A program made the position numbers and the translations under genes. A stretch of 55,966 nucleotides of DNA from Candidatus Moranbacteria bacterium UBA2206 (GTDB lineage: Bacteria; Patescibacteriota; Minisyncoccia; Moranbacterales; UBA2206). Shown one piece after another: positions 9,909 through 19,346 of the stretch. The DNA lies in NCBI GenBank assembly GCA_002328565.1, contig DCUU01000019.1, positions 1-55,966 of the forward strand, in the 5' to 3' direction. Position 1 is the first letter of the stretch. Each line of letters begins with the position of its first letter. The notes beneath the pieces are model-generated. The model saw nothing but the letters and a program-made list of their open reading frames with translations. It did no database searches and was not told where the DNA came from.

Positions 9909-11033
9909 TCATTTTTTCTTCACGCTTAAACTTTTGGTTTCTTTGTCGAGAACTTTGGCTTTTTCAATTTCTTTTTTGGCTTCAAATGGTAGGACGCCCA
10001 AAATATTTCGAAGCGCTATACCATCTACTTTTAGCACATCTTCCCAGTAATCCAGTGGTTCCAAAACTTCGCGCAATTTTTTCTCGTCGTATTTATAAGT
10101 CTTGCGAAGTGACCGTGCAATGACGCCTTGCGGACCAAAAACTCTTTCCACGCCCTCTTGATCCATATAACTCAAAATATCTTCTTGTAATTTGGCCATC
10201 CTATCTTTCGTCATAGTGATGGCTGATTTTAGGTCGATATATTCTTCGATGGATTTGTTAATTTCCCCTGTGTCGATGTGACGGAGTTCCTTGAATTTAT
10301 GTTTCCACATCGGGCAAAGATTTTGATATCCGCACCAATCACAAAGAGGGGACATTGTCGGTTCGAAATTACCAGTCTCAATGACTTTTATAGTGTCTAA
10401 AAAAAGTTGCTCACTTTTTTTCAATTGCTCTAGGGTTCTTGTGGCAGACAATTTCATGCCGTGTTTGAGATAGTACAAACTAACTTTTATTTTGTCTAAG
10501 TTATTGATTTCTTTGGGATATTGCGAAAGAAAAGCTTGCAGATAAACCGAAAGCTGAATGTCGTTGTCAACTTTTTCTTGATTAGGCATTTTCTTAGTTG
10601 TTTTGTAATCAATAATTTCAAAACCATCTTCCGTTTTGTCGATGCGGTCGATGATACCAGAAATAATATGCCGATCATTTTCCGGCCCGATTTCAATTTG
10701 AAAGCGTGATTCTAAATTAATAATATTAAAATCAGCGGGATTATTTTTTTGGTAATAATCTTGAATAATTTTGACGCCCTGGGAAAAAGCGGCGCGTTCT
10801 TCAGTTTCTCCGTCAAAAACTGCCGGGTTCCAAGCATTGGAAAAATGCTCCATGGCTTGATCCAAGGTAGGGGAGAGAATGCCGGGAGTGTGGATAAATT
10901 TCATTGTTTCATGAATTGTCGAGCCAAAAACCGCTTCCTTAGATTTAGGAACCTTGATTCGATCAATATTTTGAAATTTATACTTTAACGGGCAATTTTG
11001 ATAGGCATCAAAGGCCGAGTATGATATACGCAT
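9909..11033 (-). CDS. PD-(D/E)XK nuclease (RecB/AddB-like, 4-Cys Fe-S staple)
   Basis: ISYSAFDAYQNCP, GIIDRID, IIDYKT, QLSVY, CDWCGYQNLC. Confidence 0.9.
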   Translation of the reverse strand: MRISYSAFDAYQNCPLKYKFQNIDRIKVPKSKEAVFGSTIHETMKFIHTPGILSPTLDQAMEHFSNAWNPAVFDGETEERAAFSQGVKIIQDYYQKNNPADFNIINLESRFQIEIGPENDRHIISGIIDRIDKTEDGFEIIDYKTTKKMPNQEKVDNDIQLSVYLQAFLSQYPKEINNLDKIKVSLYYLKHGMKLSATRTLEQLKKSEQLFLDTIKVIETGNFEPTMSPLCDWCGYQNLCPMWKHKFKELRHIDTGEINKSIEEYIDLKSAITMTKDRMAKLQEDILSYMDQEGVERVFGPQGVIARSLRKTYKYDEKKLREVLEPLDYWEDVLKVDGIALRNILGVLPFEAKKEIEKAKVLDKETKSLSVKKK

Positions 11034-11055
11034 AATTTTTTATATATTATCTTCG

Positions 11056-11080
11056 TGGAGACGGCGATTTATCGCGTCTA
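11056..11080. repeat. GTAG-type REP-like palindrome
   Basis: gtggagacggcgatttatcgcgtct. Confidence 0.55.
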
Positions 11081-11251
11081 ATATCAGTATAACATTTTTG
11101 GAAATTTTTTCCAAAATAACAAGTAGTAGGAAAAATTTTTGACGAATAGGGAATTATGTGATAAGTTTATTCGAGGCAGAAAGCACATTAAAAACAGCAG
11201 TAAAATAATTTTTAGGGTATAAAAACTAACTTTAATTAATAGGAGGATAAA

Positions 11252-11722
11252 ATGATTGATATCCAATCTAAATTAATTCCGGAGGTGTGGAGAACTATTT
11301 GGGATGAACTATCCCACGAAAGCAGAGTCTCAATAATGCTTGCTGTGCGTTCAGACAAAGCTCCAAAAGGATCAATTGAGACAATAAAAGAATGGGTAGA
11401 TAACAACATGGAGAACTTTCTACCCCTCGCTAAGGAGCTTATTGGTTTTGTAAAAACAAGCTCCTTTAAAGGAGTGACGTCGGTTACCGGAAAAGTTTTT
11501 GATGTTAATATTTCCAATGAAGCCTGTGGAAGATTTGGCTTCAAATATGGCGAGAGAATTTTCGCCTATGGGAAGTTTGCAAGTGTGATAGGTGTTGCAC
11601 CTTATCCGGATAGAAGAGGCAAAGACTATTTATGGTATTCTAAGGATGAAGATAAGGGTAAGGTCAGTTGTGTTTCTGCCGAAGACGTCGAATCGCCACT
11701 TGTGACAAGGGTGGCTAAATAA
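11252..11722 (+). CDS. Hypothetical protein
   Basis: 156-aa ORF with AGGAGG SD and downstream terminator. Confidence 0.75.
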   Translation: MIDIQSKLIPEVWRTIWDELSHESRVSIMLAVRSDKAPKGSIETIKEWVDNNMENFLPLAKELIGFVKTSSFKGVTSVTGKVFDVNISNEACGRFGFKYGERIFAYGKFASVIGVAPYPDRRGKDYLWYSKDEDKGKVSCVSAEDVESPLVTRVAK

Positions 11723-11745
11723 AATTAAAACTATTTTTTTGGATT

Positions 11746-11783
11746 AAAAACCGCAATTATCTTACATGATGATTGCGGTTTTA
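11746..11783 (+). terminator. Intrinsic terminator
   Basis: taaaaaccgcaatt...gattgcggtttta. Confidence 0.65.
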
Positions 11784-11791
11784 TGTATTAA

Positions 11792-11845
11792 TTGACAGAA
11801 AAAGAAAGCTAGATTATAATTAAAGCATACTAAGTTAGTAGGAAT
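11792..11845 (+). promoter_or_regulatory. Consensus sigma70 promoter plus palindromic operator for rrf2-iscS-iscU
   Basis: TTGACA(11792)-N17-TATAAT(11815), followed by TACTAA-G-TTAGTA dyad. Confidence 0.75.
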
Positions 11846-11851
11846 AAACAA

Positions 11852-12250
11852 ATGCTAAATTTTTCAACAAAAGGGGAGTATGGGCTTCGGGCGATGGTTA
11901 ATTTGGCGCGCAATTATCCTCAAATTAAGAATATAAAAGAGATATCAATAGAAGAAAAAATATCGGCTAAATATTTGGAAAGGCTAATTGGCGACCTAAG
12001 AAAAAATAATTTGGTCAAAAGTATCAAAGGAAAAAATGGCGGGTATATTTTAGCTAGAAAACCGAAAGAAATTTCCGCGGGGGAGATAATTGAAATTATG
12101 GAAGGGACGATGACAGCCAAATGCCAAGGGATACATTGCTCGGCGATGAAAAAATGTGCTTCTAGTTTTGTATGGATAAAACTAGGCGAGCAAATAAGGA
12201 AGACTTTATATGGAATAAGATTGAGTGATTTAATTCATCCTATAAAATAA
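11852..12250 (+). CDS. Rrf2 family transcriptional regulator (IscR-like, 3 Cys)
   Basis: STKGEYGLRAM, YLERL, GKNGGYILA, CQGIHCSAMKKC. Confidence 0.92.
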   Translation: MLNFSTKGEYGLRAMVNLARNYPQIKNIKEISIEEKISAKYLERLIGDLRKNNLVKSIKGKNGGYILARKPKEISAGEIIEIMEGTMTAKCQGIHCSAMKKCASSFVWIKLGEQIRKTLYGIRLSDLIHPIK

Positions 12251-12328
12251 TAATGTTAGAAATTTATATTACTACCGTATTCTAGTATACGGTAGTAAGA
12301 ATATTTTAAATAAGAATATTTAAAAACT

Positions 12329-13561
12329 ATGACAAAAAAAACAATTTATTTAGATCATGCAGCAACAACAGCGGTCGACAAAAAAGTATTGCGAGAAATG
12401 ATGCCGTATTTTAGTGATAAATATGGCAATGCTTCATCGATTCATTCTTTTGGTCAAGAAGCGGCGCAAGCAGTGGAAAAAGCCAGAATGCAAGTGGCAA
12501 ATTTTTTTGGTGCTAATCTAAACGAAATTATTTTTACGAGCGGAGCGACAGAGTCGAATAACTTAGCGATAAAGGGTGTGGATAAAGCTTATTTCAAGAA
12601 AGAAAAAAAGAAACCACATATTATCACAACTACCTTTGAGCATCATTGTGTTTTGGAGACTGTGAAAAAAATGGAAAAAGAAAATTTAATCGAAGCAACT
12701 TTTATAAATCCAAAAAAAGATGGTGTGATTGATGTCCGCGATATAAAAAATGCAATCAAACCAAATACAATTTTGGTTTCTGTGATGTATGTCAACAACG
12801 AAATCGGCACGGTACAACCGATTTCTGAAATAGGAAGAATGATAAAATCAAAAAACAGTGAGCAAGGAACAGGAGACAAGAAAATTATATTCCACACAGA
12901 TGCGACACAGGCAGTGAATTATTTTGATTGTAATGTGGAAAAATTGGGTGTAGATTTGCTTTCAATGTCAGCGCATAAAATATATGGGCCAAAGGGAGTA
13001 GGGGCGCTATATGTCAAATTTGGGCTTGATATAGCTAAAATTCAAGATGGTGGAGCACAAGAATTTGGATTGCGCGCAGGAACAATTAATACTCCAGGGA
13101 TTGTCGGATTAGGTAGTGCAATAAAAGAAGTCAAAAGTCAAAAGTCAAAAGTCAAAAGCATGGTAGTACTTCGTGATTATTTAATAAATAAAATTCTAAA
13201 AGAAATTCCGGATTCAAGATTGAATGGTTCAAGAATAAAAAGATCACCGAATAATGTGAATGTAAATTTTTCGCGAGTAGAAGGGGAGAGTCTTTTAATG
13301 ATGCTTTCAGCGGAGGGAGTTTTTGCTTCGACCGGTTCAGCTTGTTCATCGGGATCGCTTTCGCCATCACACGTGCTTTTGTCGCTTGGTTTGAAACCAG
13401 AAGAAACGCACGGCTCACTGCGATTGACACTTGGGAAAAATACGACAAAAAAAGAAATTGATTACGTAGTGAAGGTTATCAAAAAAACAGTAGAAAAATT
13501 GAGAAAAGTTTCAGGTAATGTGCTTAAGGATTATTATAAGAACATGAAACATAAAGCATGA
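12329..13561 (+). CDS. iscS: Cysteine desulfurase IscS/NifS
   Basis: YLDHAATT, FTSGATESNN, SAHKIYGPKG, STGSACSSG. Confidence 0.96.
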   Translation: MTKKTIYLDHAATTAVDKKVLREMMPYFSDKYGNASSIHSFGQEAAQAVEKARMQVANFFGANLNEIIFTSGATESNNLAIKGVDKAYFKKEKKKPHIITTTFEHHCVLETVKKMEKENLIEATFINPKKDGVIDVRDIKNAIKPNTILVSVMYVNNEIGTVQPISEIGRMIKSKNSEQGTGDKKIIFHTDATQAVNYFDCNVEKLGVDLLSMSAHKIYGPKGVGALYVKFGLDIAKIQDGGAQEFGLRAGTINTPGIVGLGSAIKEVKSQKSKVKSMVVLRDYLINKILKEIPDSRLNGSRIKRSPNNVNVNFSRVEGESLLMMLSAEGVFASTGSACSSGSLSPSHVLLSLGLKPEETHGSLRLTLGKNTTKKEIDYVVKVIKKTVEKLRKVSGNVLKDYYKNMKHKA

Positions 13562-13633
13562 AACATGAAACAAAATTCTAAATCAGAATTTTGAAACAGA
13601 AATTGTTACATGCTATATGTTTCATGCTATATG
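13542..13633. repeat. Inverted pair of degenerate ACATGAA heptamer tracts
   Basis: acatgaaacataaagcatgaaacatgaaaca ... tgttacatgctatatgtttcatgctatatg. Confidence 0.75.
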
Positions 13634-13640
13634 AAAAAAT

Positions 13641-14024
13641 ATGTATTCAAAAAAAGTTCTGGAACATTTTACTCGTCCACACAATCAGGGTGTGATAAAA
13701 AATCCGTCAGGAGTTGGAATGGTTGGCAATCCAACTTGCGGAGATATGATGAAAATTTATATCAAGGTAAAAAAAGATTCCAAAAAGAGGGAAGTGATAA
13801 GTGACATCAAATTTGAGACACTAGGATGCGCTAGCGCGATTGCGACCTCATCTATGATCACTGATTTGGCAAAAAACAAGACTTTGGAGGAGGCATTAAA
13901 GATTACTAGGAATGATGTGGCGGAAGCTTTGGAAGGATTACCACCGATAAAAATGCATTGTTCAAATTTAGCAGCCGACAGCTTGAGAGAAGCGATAAAG
14001 GATTATAGGGAGAGAAAAAAATAA
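13641..14024 (+). CDS. iscU: Fe-S cluster scaffold IscU/NifU
   Basis: GNPTCGD, GCASAIA, LPPIKMHCSNLA. Confidence 0.96.
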   Translation: MYSKKVLEHFTRPHNQGVIKNPSGVGMVGNPTCGDMMKIYIKVKKDSKKREVISDIKFETLGCASAIATSSMITDLAKNKTLEEALKITRNDVAEALEGLPPIKMHCSNLAADSLREAIKDYRERKK

Positions 14025-14047
14025 ATTTATCAATAAAATTGTTTTTT

Positions 14048-14074
14048 AAAAACCGCTCTAAAAAAGCGGTTTTT
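14048..14074. terminator. Bidirectional intrinsic terminator
   Basis: aaaaaccgc-tctaaaaaa-gcggttttt. Confidence 0.8.
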
Positions 14075-14135
14075 ATTGAAGGGGAGTGGTCAGGAGAAAT
14101 ATCTATAGTGTCGCACATTGTCAGTTATGCGACAG

Positions 14136-14627
14136 TTAGTATTTAAATGTTCTGGATATGAGCCCACTTTTAAATTTTTTCATTTCATTTCTTAAATCAT
14201 CCAATCTCTTTATATCATCAACATTCCATTGATTCTTGACGAAACCTTTAATGCCTTTTTCAGAATTTACTTTTTTTATTTTATTTTTATTTATAATAAA
14301 AACCGCTTCCCTCCATAGCTTAAAATCATCTCCCTTTTTGCCTATTAAGGGAAATTTTTCAAAAAACGGAATAATTATAGTCATCAGTTCCGTAGTATCT
14401 GTTATTTGATATCTGATACAGTCTTTACTATAAGAAATACTACCACAATCGAAATATTTTTTAATTTGCTTAATAATTTTGTCGTCATCATTTCTTATGA
14501 CAATTGCAAAAATTGCTTTCCAGTAAAAATATCTACCCTTATCTTTTCTTAAGGATAAAGAAAAACAACCTTCACCATCAACAAATCCTGATATATAATC
14601 CTCAGTAATTTTTCTTTTGGTTAGCAT
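14136..14627 (-). CDS. Single-motif LAGLIDADG homing endonuclease (free-standing)
   Basis: YISGFVDGEGCF, IKKYFDCGSI, IIPFFEKFPLIGKKGDDFKLW. Confidence 0.9.
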   Translation of the reverse strand: MLTKRKITEDYISGFVDGEGCFSLSLRKDKGRYFYWKAIFAIVIRNDDDKIIKQIKKYFDCGSISYSKDCIRYQITDTTELMTIIIPFFEKFPLIGKKGDDFKLWREAVFIINKNKIKKVNSEKGIKGFVKNQWNVDDIKRLDDLRNEMKKFKSGLISRTFKY

Positions 14628-14633
14628 ATTTTT

Positions 14634-15905
14634 TTATTTTAAATATCTCGTTGGATTTATTGATGCTCCTGTTGGCAACATCAAACCTTTTCTTTTGGTT
14701 GATTCAACAATCCCGAAACTTTTTTTGTCAAAAACTGAAAAATGGAGGTGAACCCCAGTGGAGTATCCCGTTTCTCCCATCTCTCCAATTCTTTCACCAG
14801 TTTTTATGGTGGCTCCCTTCGAAACAAATTTACTTTTAAGATGACCATACAACGTTACGAGTCCATCACCATGATCAATTGCAAGCCATTTCCCATAAGC
14901 ACATTTAAAACCCTTGCATTCCTTATCATTATCTCCAGAGCCGATAACCTTTCCTTTTTTTGCGGAGAAGATATTTAATCCACTATTTCTTCCAAAATCT
15001 AATCCATTATGGAAACCTCCCTTGCCACCATTGCAAGATGGATAGGATTTTCTTGCAAAAGAATCTTGTAGGCATCCGTAGGATTGGGTAAGTACTTGAT
15101 TGGAAACTGGATAATTGAAATATCCTCCCTTAGCTGCTGGTAGCTTACTGTAGTCAACTGATTTAGCAGATTCTAAACTATAGATTTCATTTTCAATTTC
15201 AGACAAAAGTTTTTCATATTTTTCTTTTTCTGTTTTAGTTTCAACGAGAATTTTCTGTTTTTGATTTTCGCTTAATTGTAATTCATACTTATCACTTTGA
15301 AGCTCATTTTTCAATTTATCACTTTGCTCATAGGAACCTTGTAATTCTTTTTGATTAGTAATTAACTCCTCTTGATTTTTTTTTATTCCAGCTAAGAGAT
15401 CGGACACTTTTACTCCGGATTGATTGATGTAGTCCATTTGTCCAAATGGGTTTATGAAGGTGTTATCCAAAAGAAGTATTTCTAATATCCCCTGCTGATC
15501 ATAATCATAATAGGACTGCATTAGCCCGGAAAGCATTTTTTTCTGATAGATTATTTCCTTTTCTTTTTCTTCGATACTATTTTCTAGCGCGGTTATTTTT
15601 TGGGAAAGAGTATCTAGGTTTTTTATAGTTTCAAGAAGAGCTTTTTGGTTTTCCGTTTGTTCTTTGTTTATATAGCCAAGCTGATTATTTACAACCTCAA
15701 GTTGCTTACTTTTAATCTCGATAATTTTTTCATATTTTTCAATCTTCTCGCAATCATCCTCGCATTTTTTTTGCAAAGAAGTGTCAGTTGGGTAAAGATC
15801 TTCGCATTTGTCTTTGCAGGCATCAGCAAAAACATTTTTCGAATTAAAAAATGAAAAAATTGCGATAAAAATAAAAAATATTAATTTTGTTTTTTTGTTT
15901 AACAT
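14634..15905 (-). CDS. Secreted coiled-coil M23 peptidase (murein hydrolase, EnvC-like)
   Basis: Signal peptide, long coiled coil, HNGLD, YGHL, GYSTGVHLHF. Confidence 0.9.
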   Translation of the reverse strand: MLNKKTKLIFFIFIAIFSFFNSKNVFADACKDKCEDLYPTDTSLQKKCEDDCEKIEKYEKIIEIKSKQLEVVNNQLGYINKEQTENQKALLETIKNLDTLSQKITALENSIEEKEKEIIYQKKMLSGLMQSYYDYDQQGILEILLLDNTFINPFGQMDYINQSGVKVSDLLAGIKKNQEELITNQKELQGSYEQSDKLKNELQSDKYELQLSENQKQKILVETKTEKEKYEKLLSEIENEIYSLESAKSVDYSKLPAAKGGYFNYPVSNQVLTQSYGCLQDSFARKSYPSCNGGKGGFHNGLDFGRNSGLNIFSAKKGKVIGSGDNDKECKGFKCAYGKWLAIDHGDGLVTLYGHLKSKFVSKGATIKTGERIGEMGETGYSTGVHLHFSVFDKKSFGIVESTKRKGLMLPTGASINPTRYLK

Positions 15906-15909
15906 GAGT

Positions 15910-15978
15910 TTTACCCTATGGAATAAATTTTGCTGAGCAAAATTATCCCGACGAGTCGGGATTATTCCATAGGGTGAA
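15910..15978 (-). mobile_element. TTCACCC...GGGTAAA element supplying the gltX stop codon
   Basis: minus strand ttcaccctatggaataa...ttattccatagggtaaa with two internal hairpins. Confidence 0.7.
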
Positions 15979-17497
15979 TTTTTTTTAAAGTCTCGGTTAT
16001 TCTTCTTAGGCTTTCATTTTTTCCTAAAACCCAAGCGCATTCAAAGGGTGAAGGTGATTTTTTCTCTCCCGTAAGTGTGGCGCGCAAAGGCCAAAGGAGC
16101 TCCCCCCTCTTTTCTCCTGCAGATTCCATCAGAATTTTTTCCAAATTTTCGCGCGTCCAATTTTCGTCCGTTATATTTTCCAAAACGCTCAAAGATTTTT
16201 CCAGGGATTTTTTCAAGTCTTCGTCATTCATATCTTTCCAGCGCAAAAGTTCTTTGTCAAAATTTGCATCTTTAAAAAAGAACTGATTGCTCTCCCCCAC
16301 TTCTGACAAATTTTGTAAACGATCTTGTTCGATTGACAAAACTTTTTTTAGATAATCTTCTTTCTCCTGCGTGCTATATGTTTCATGCCTGTCTGCCGAT
16401 GAGGCAGGTTTCATGCTCCATGATTTATAAAATTCTTTTTCCTCAAAAAAAGTCAAAGATTTTTGATATAATTCTTCGATGGAAAGTTTTTTGATCCATT
16501 GTGAATTTATCCAATCTAATTTTTTGATGTCAAAAACCGCGCCCGCCTTGTGAACATGAGCCAGATCAAATTTTTCCACCAATTCTTCAAGCGTGAAAAT
16601 TTCTTGCGTTTCTCCTTTTCCCGGATTCCAACCAAGCATTACCACGAAATTAATGATCGCTTCTTTGAGATAGCCTTTTTTGATATAATCCTCCACCGCT
16701 ACATCGCCTTGACGCTTGGAAAGTTTTGACTTATCAGGATTGAGAAGAAGTGGTAAATGAGCAACTTCAGGTACTTGCCAACCAAAATTTTCATATAGTT
16801 GAATATATTTAGGCGTACTGGAAACATATTCTTCACCACGAAAAACATGGGATATTTCCATTAGATGATCATCTACTACGTTGGCAAAATTATAAGTTGG
16901 ATATCCGTCAGATTTCAAAAGTATCTGGTCGTCTAGAAGATCATTTTTTATCTCAACTTTTCCACGAATCAGATCATTAAAAATAGTCGATCCCTCAGTA
17001 TTTATTTTTTGTCGAATAACATATTTTTCTCCTGAATTTATTCTTTTTTCAATTTCATCTTGAGATAATTCAAAGCAATGTCGATCATAAATGGGTGCTT
17101 TTTTTTGCGACAATTGAATTTGACGCATTTCTTCTAATCTTTCTGGCGTGCAAAAACAATAATAAGCTTTTTTATTTTTCACTAATCCCTCGACATATTT
17201 TTTATAAATATCTAGTCTTTTTGATTGTGTGTATGGTCCAAGATTTCCTTTCTCTATAATTTTTCCATCTTCAAAATAAACTCCCTCGCAGTATTCAAAT
17301 CCGGCCCAATTTATAATGCTTATTAATTTTTCTAATGCATCTGCGACTTCTCTTTTTTGGTCAGTGTCCTCGATGCGCAAAATAAAATCACCACTATTTT
17401 TTTTGGCAAAAAGATATCCATATAAAGCCGTTCTAAAATTTCCGATATGCATATACCCCGTCGGCGACGGCGCAAATCTAGTTCTGATTTTATTCAT
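15962..17497 (-). CDS. gltX: Glutamate--tRNA ligase
   Basis: RFAPSPTGYMHIG, RIEDTD, KLSKR. Confidence 0.98.
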   Translation of the reverse strand: MNKIRTRFAPSPTGYMHIGNFRTALYGYLFAKKNSGDFILRIEDTDQKREVADALEKLISIINWAGFEYCEGVYFEDGKIIEKGNLGPYTQSKRLDIYKKYVEGLVKNKKAYYCFCTPERLEEMRQIQLSQKKAPIYDRHCFELSQDEIEKRINSGEKYVIRQKINTEGSTIFNDLIRGKVEIKNDLLDDQILLKSDGYPTYNFANVVDDHLMEISHVFRGEEYVSSTPKYIQLYENFGWQVPEVAHLPLLLNPDKSKLSKRQGDVAVEDYIKKGYLKEAIINFVVMLGWNPGKGETQEIFTLEELVEKFDLAHVHKAGAVFDIKKLDWINSQWIKKLSIEELYQKSLTFFEEKEFYKSWSMKPASSADRHETYSTQEKEDYLKKVLSIEQDRLQNLSEVGESNQFFFKDANFDKELLRWKDMNDEDLKKSLEKSLSVLENITDENWTRENLEKILMESAGEKRGELLWPLRATLTGEKKSPSPFECAWVLGKNESLRRITETLKKIHPME

Positions 17498-17551
17498 CTT
17501 TACGAATTACTAATTTTATACAAATATACCAATGTACGAATTGTAATAAAA

Positions 17552-18007
17552 TTACTTTATTTTTAAATTAAAATTCTTCTCCATTTTTACATGTGGGATT
17601 CCTACTTCTTCAAATTTTTCTCCTTTTTGCTCGTAGCCTAATTTTTCATAAAAACCCTTGGCATGTTCTTGTGATTCCAATTTAGCTTTTTCTATTCCAT
17701 GTTCTTTTAGGAAATTATGTAAATATTCCATTATTTGATTGCCAATCTTTAGATTTCTGTATTCTTTCAAAACGGCCACCCTTTCTATCTTAGCTGTTTC
17801 CTTTTTTTCATTTAGATATCTTATGCGTGCCGTTCCAGTCGGAACGTTTTCTACATAAACAATAATATGATCAGACACATCATCTTTTCCATCAAAATCT
17901 AATTCAGTATCAATTTTTTGTTCTTCCTGAAAAACTTTTTTTCTTACTTCTTGAGCATCTTTTAATTCTTGGTCTGATTCGACTATTTTTATAATTATCT
18001 CATCCAT
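17552..18007 (-). CDS. GNAT family N-acetyltransferase (YjcF/ElaA-like)
   Basis: VRKKVFQEEQ, ERVAVLKEYR, FYEKLGY, GIPHVKM. Confidence 0.9.
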   Translation of the reverse strand: MDEIIIKIVESDQELKDAQEVRKKVFQEEQKIDTELDFDGKDDVSDHIIVYVENVPTGTARIRYLNEKKETAKIERVAVLKEYRNLKIGNQIMEYLHNFLKEHGIEKAKLESQEHAKGFYEKLGYEQKGEKFEEVGIPHVKMEKNFNLKIK

Positions 18008-18030
18008 ATAATTGTATAAGTTTTTAACTG

Positions 18031-18471
18031 CTATGCGTTCTCGGTTTCCTTTTCTTCCTTGTCTTTTTTAATTATTCTCCAATGTAGAAGGCAAAGTGGC
18101 AAAGCGACAAGAAGCATAGTAAATGAATCCACATAATTTCTTTGTCGTTCTCTTTTGAAGCAAATATCGCCGGAATTATTTTCTTTCCATCTACTATAAT
18201 CAGCTAACAAATTCGCTATCTGATCTTTTTGATCCTGGGTTGTTAAATCACTGTTTTTTGCATCTTCAACAGATTTAGACATATCGTGGCTATACATCGG
18301 AGGTTCATTGAGACATGGACCATATCCACCTTTCTGTGCTTCTGGAAAAACATAGGCCTTGAGAGTGGTGTTTATGATTCTTCCTGCGCCAACTGCTACA
18401 AAAATAAGGCTGATAAGTGCTGCTATATACAAATAAATTGATCGAACTAATCTTGTTGTTTTTGTTGTCAT
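18031..18471 (-). CDS. Two-TM hypothetical membrane protein (DUF5671-like)
   Basis: IYLYIAALISL...VALPLCLLHW pattern. Confidence 0.65.
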   Translation of the reverse strand: MTTKTTRLVRSIYLYIAALISLIFVAVGAGRIINTTLKAYVFPEAQKGGYGPCLNEPPMYSHDMSKSVEDAKNSDLTTQDQKDQIANLLADYSRWKENNSGDICFKRERQRNYVDSFTMLLVALPLCLLHWRIIKKDKEEKETENA

Positions 18472-18482
18472 AGTTATTGTTT

Positions 18483-18573
18483 TGTCATCCCGAATTTACC
18501 GTGCCTCGCCGGCAGGCGGGTTTCGGGATTTGCTTTGCAATTTTTTAGATACTGAAACAAGTTCAGTATGACA
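18483..18573. repeat. Composite paired REP with nested GC-rich palindrome; inverse near-copy of 24109-24198
   Basis: gtcatcccgaa...gcctcgccggcaggcggg...ttcgggat ... agatactgaaacaagttcagtatgaca. Confidence 0.85.
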
Positions 18574-18582
18574 ATTTTAATT

Positions 18583-19323
18583 TTATTTGTTAATTGTTAT
18601 TTTTATTGGAAAAAATATTACTGCTTGAAAAATTCTTCGAAGTCTTTCTTTTTTAAATTTCCATTTTTGCGGTTGGAATATTCGCCAGAGCCATTCTAGG
18701 CCAATAAATTGCATAAATTTCGGAGCGCGACGGACTTTTTTAGTGATAAAGTCAAAACTTCCGCCAACTCCCATGGCTAAGCGTATCATATCACATTTTT
18801 GTGAATTTATAAAGAGTTCTTGATTGGGAGCGCCGAAGTTGCAAAAAACGATAGGGCATGAAACATGAAACATAAAACATGAAACATTTTTTTCTAATGT
18901 AATACCTTCTATGGTCAAATCAGGATAAATTTTCAATATAGCTTCTTTTGTTTCTTCAAAAGTGCTTAGGCCGTTCTTATTTACGGCTAAAAAAACAGAA
19001 AGTTTTTGTGTTTGGGCGATTTTCAAAATTTCCAGCATCAAATCTGCGCCAGCCAGTCGGCATTTTAAATTTTTTCCAAATCGCCAAAAAGCCAATTTTA
19101 TCCCAACTCCATCAGCCACATTTAAATCGCAACTATTGAGAATATTTCTAAAATTTAGATTTTTTTGCGCTTCCAGGATAAATTCCGGATTAATGGTGGC
19201 GATCTGATGAAATTTTGGTTCAGTCAAAAAAAATTTGATCTTATCTAAAATTTCAAATCGATCTAAATTGTCAATTCGTACACCTAAAATTTCTTTCTTA
19301 ATATTCTTATTTAATTCTTCCAT
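18583..19323 (-). CDS. WecB/TagA/CpsF family glycosyltransferase
   Basis: TINPEF, VADGVG, GAPNQE, MGVGGSFDF, RAP..MQ..GLEWLWR. Confidence 0.93.
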   Translation of the reverse strand: MEELNKNIKKEILGVRIDNLDRFEILDKIKFFLTEPKFHQIATINPEFILEAQKNLNFRNILNSCDLNVADGVGIKLAFWRFGKNLKCRLAGADLMLEILKIAQTQKLSVFLAVNKNGLSTFEETKEAILKIYPDLTIEGITLEKNVSCFMFHVSCPIVFCNFGAPNQELFINSQKCDMIRLAMGVGGSFDFITKKVRRAPKFMQFIGLEWLWRIFQPQKWKFKKERLRRIFQAVIFFPIKITINK

Positions 19324-19346
19324 ATATGGTTGAATGGTAGTGTTTA

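Noticed and set aside
9909-11033. Cas4 / CRISPR-Cas system
   Set aside because: The 4-Cys PD-(D/E)XK nuclease has no cas neighbours and there is no repeat-spacer array in the window.
14075-14135. tRNA or group I intron fragment beside the LAGLIDADG gene
   Set aside because: No cloverleaf, T-loop or recognisable P7 core by eye, and too short.
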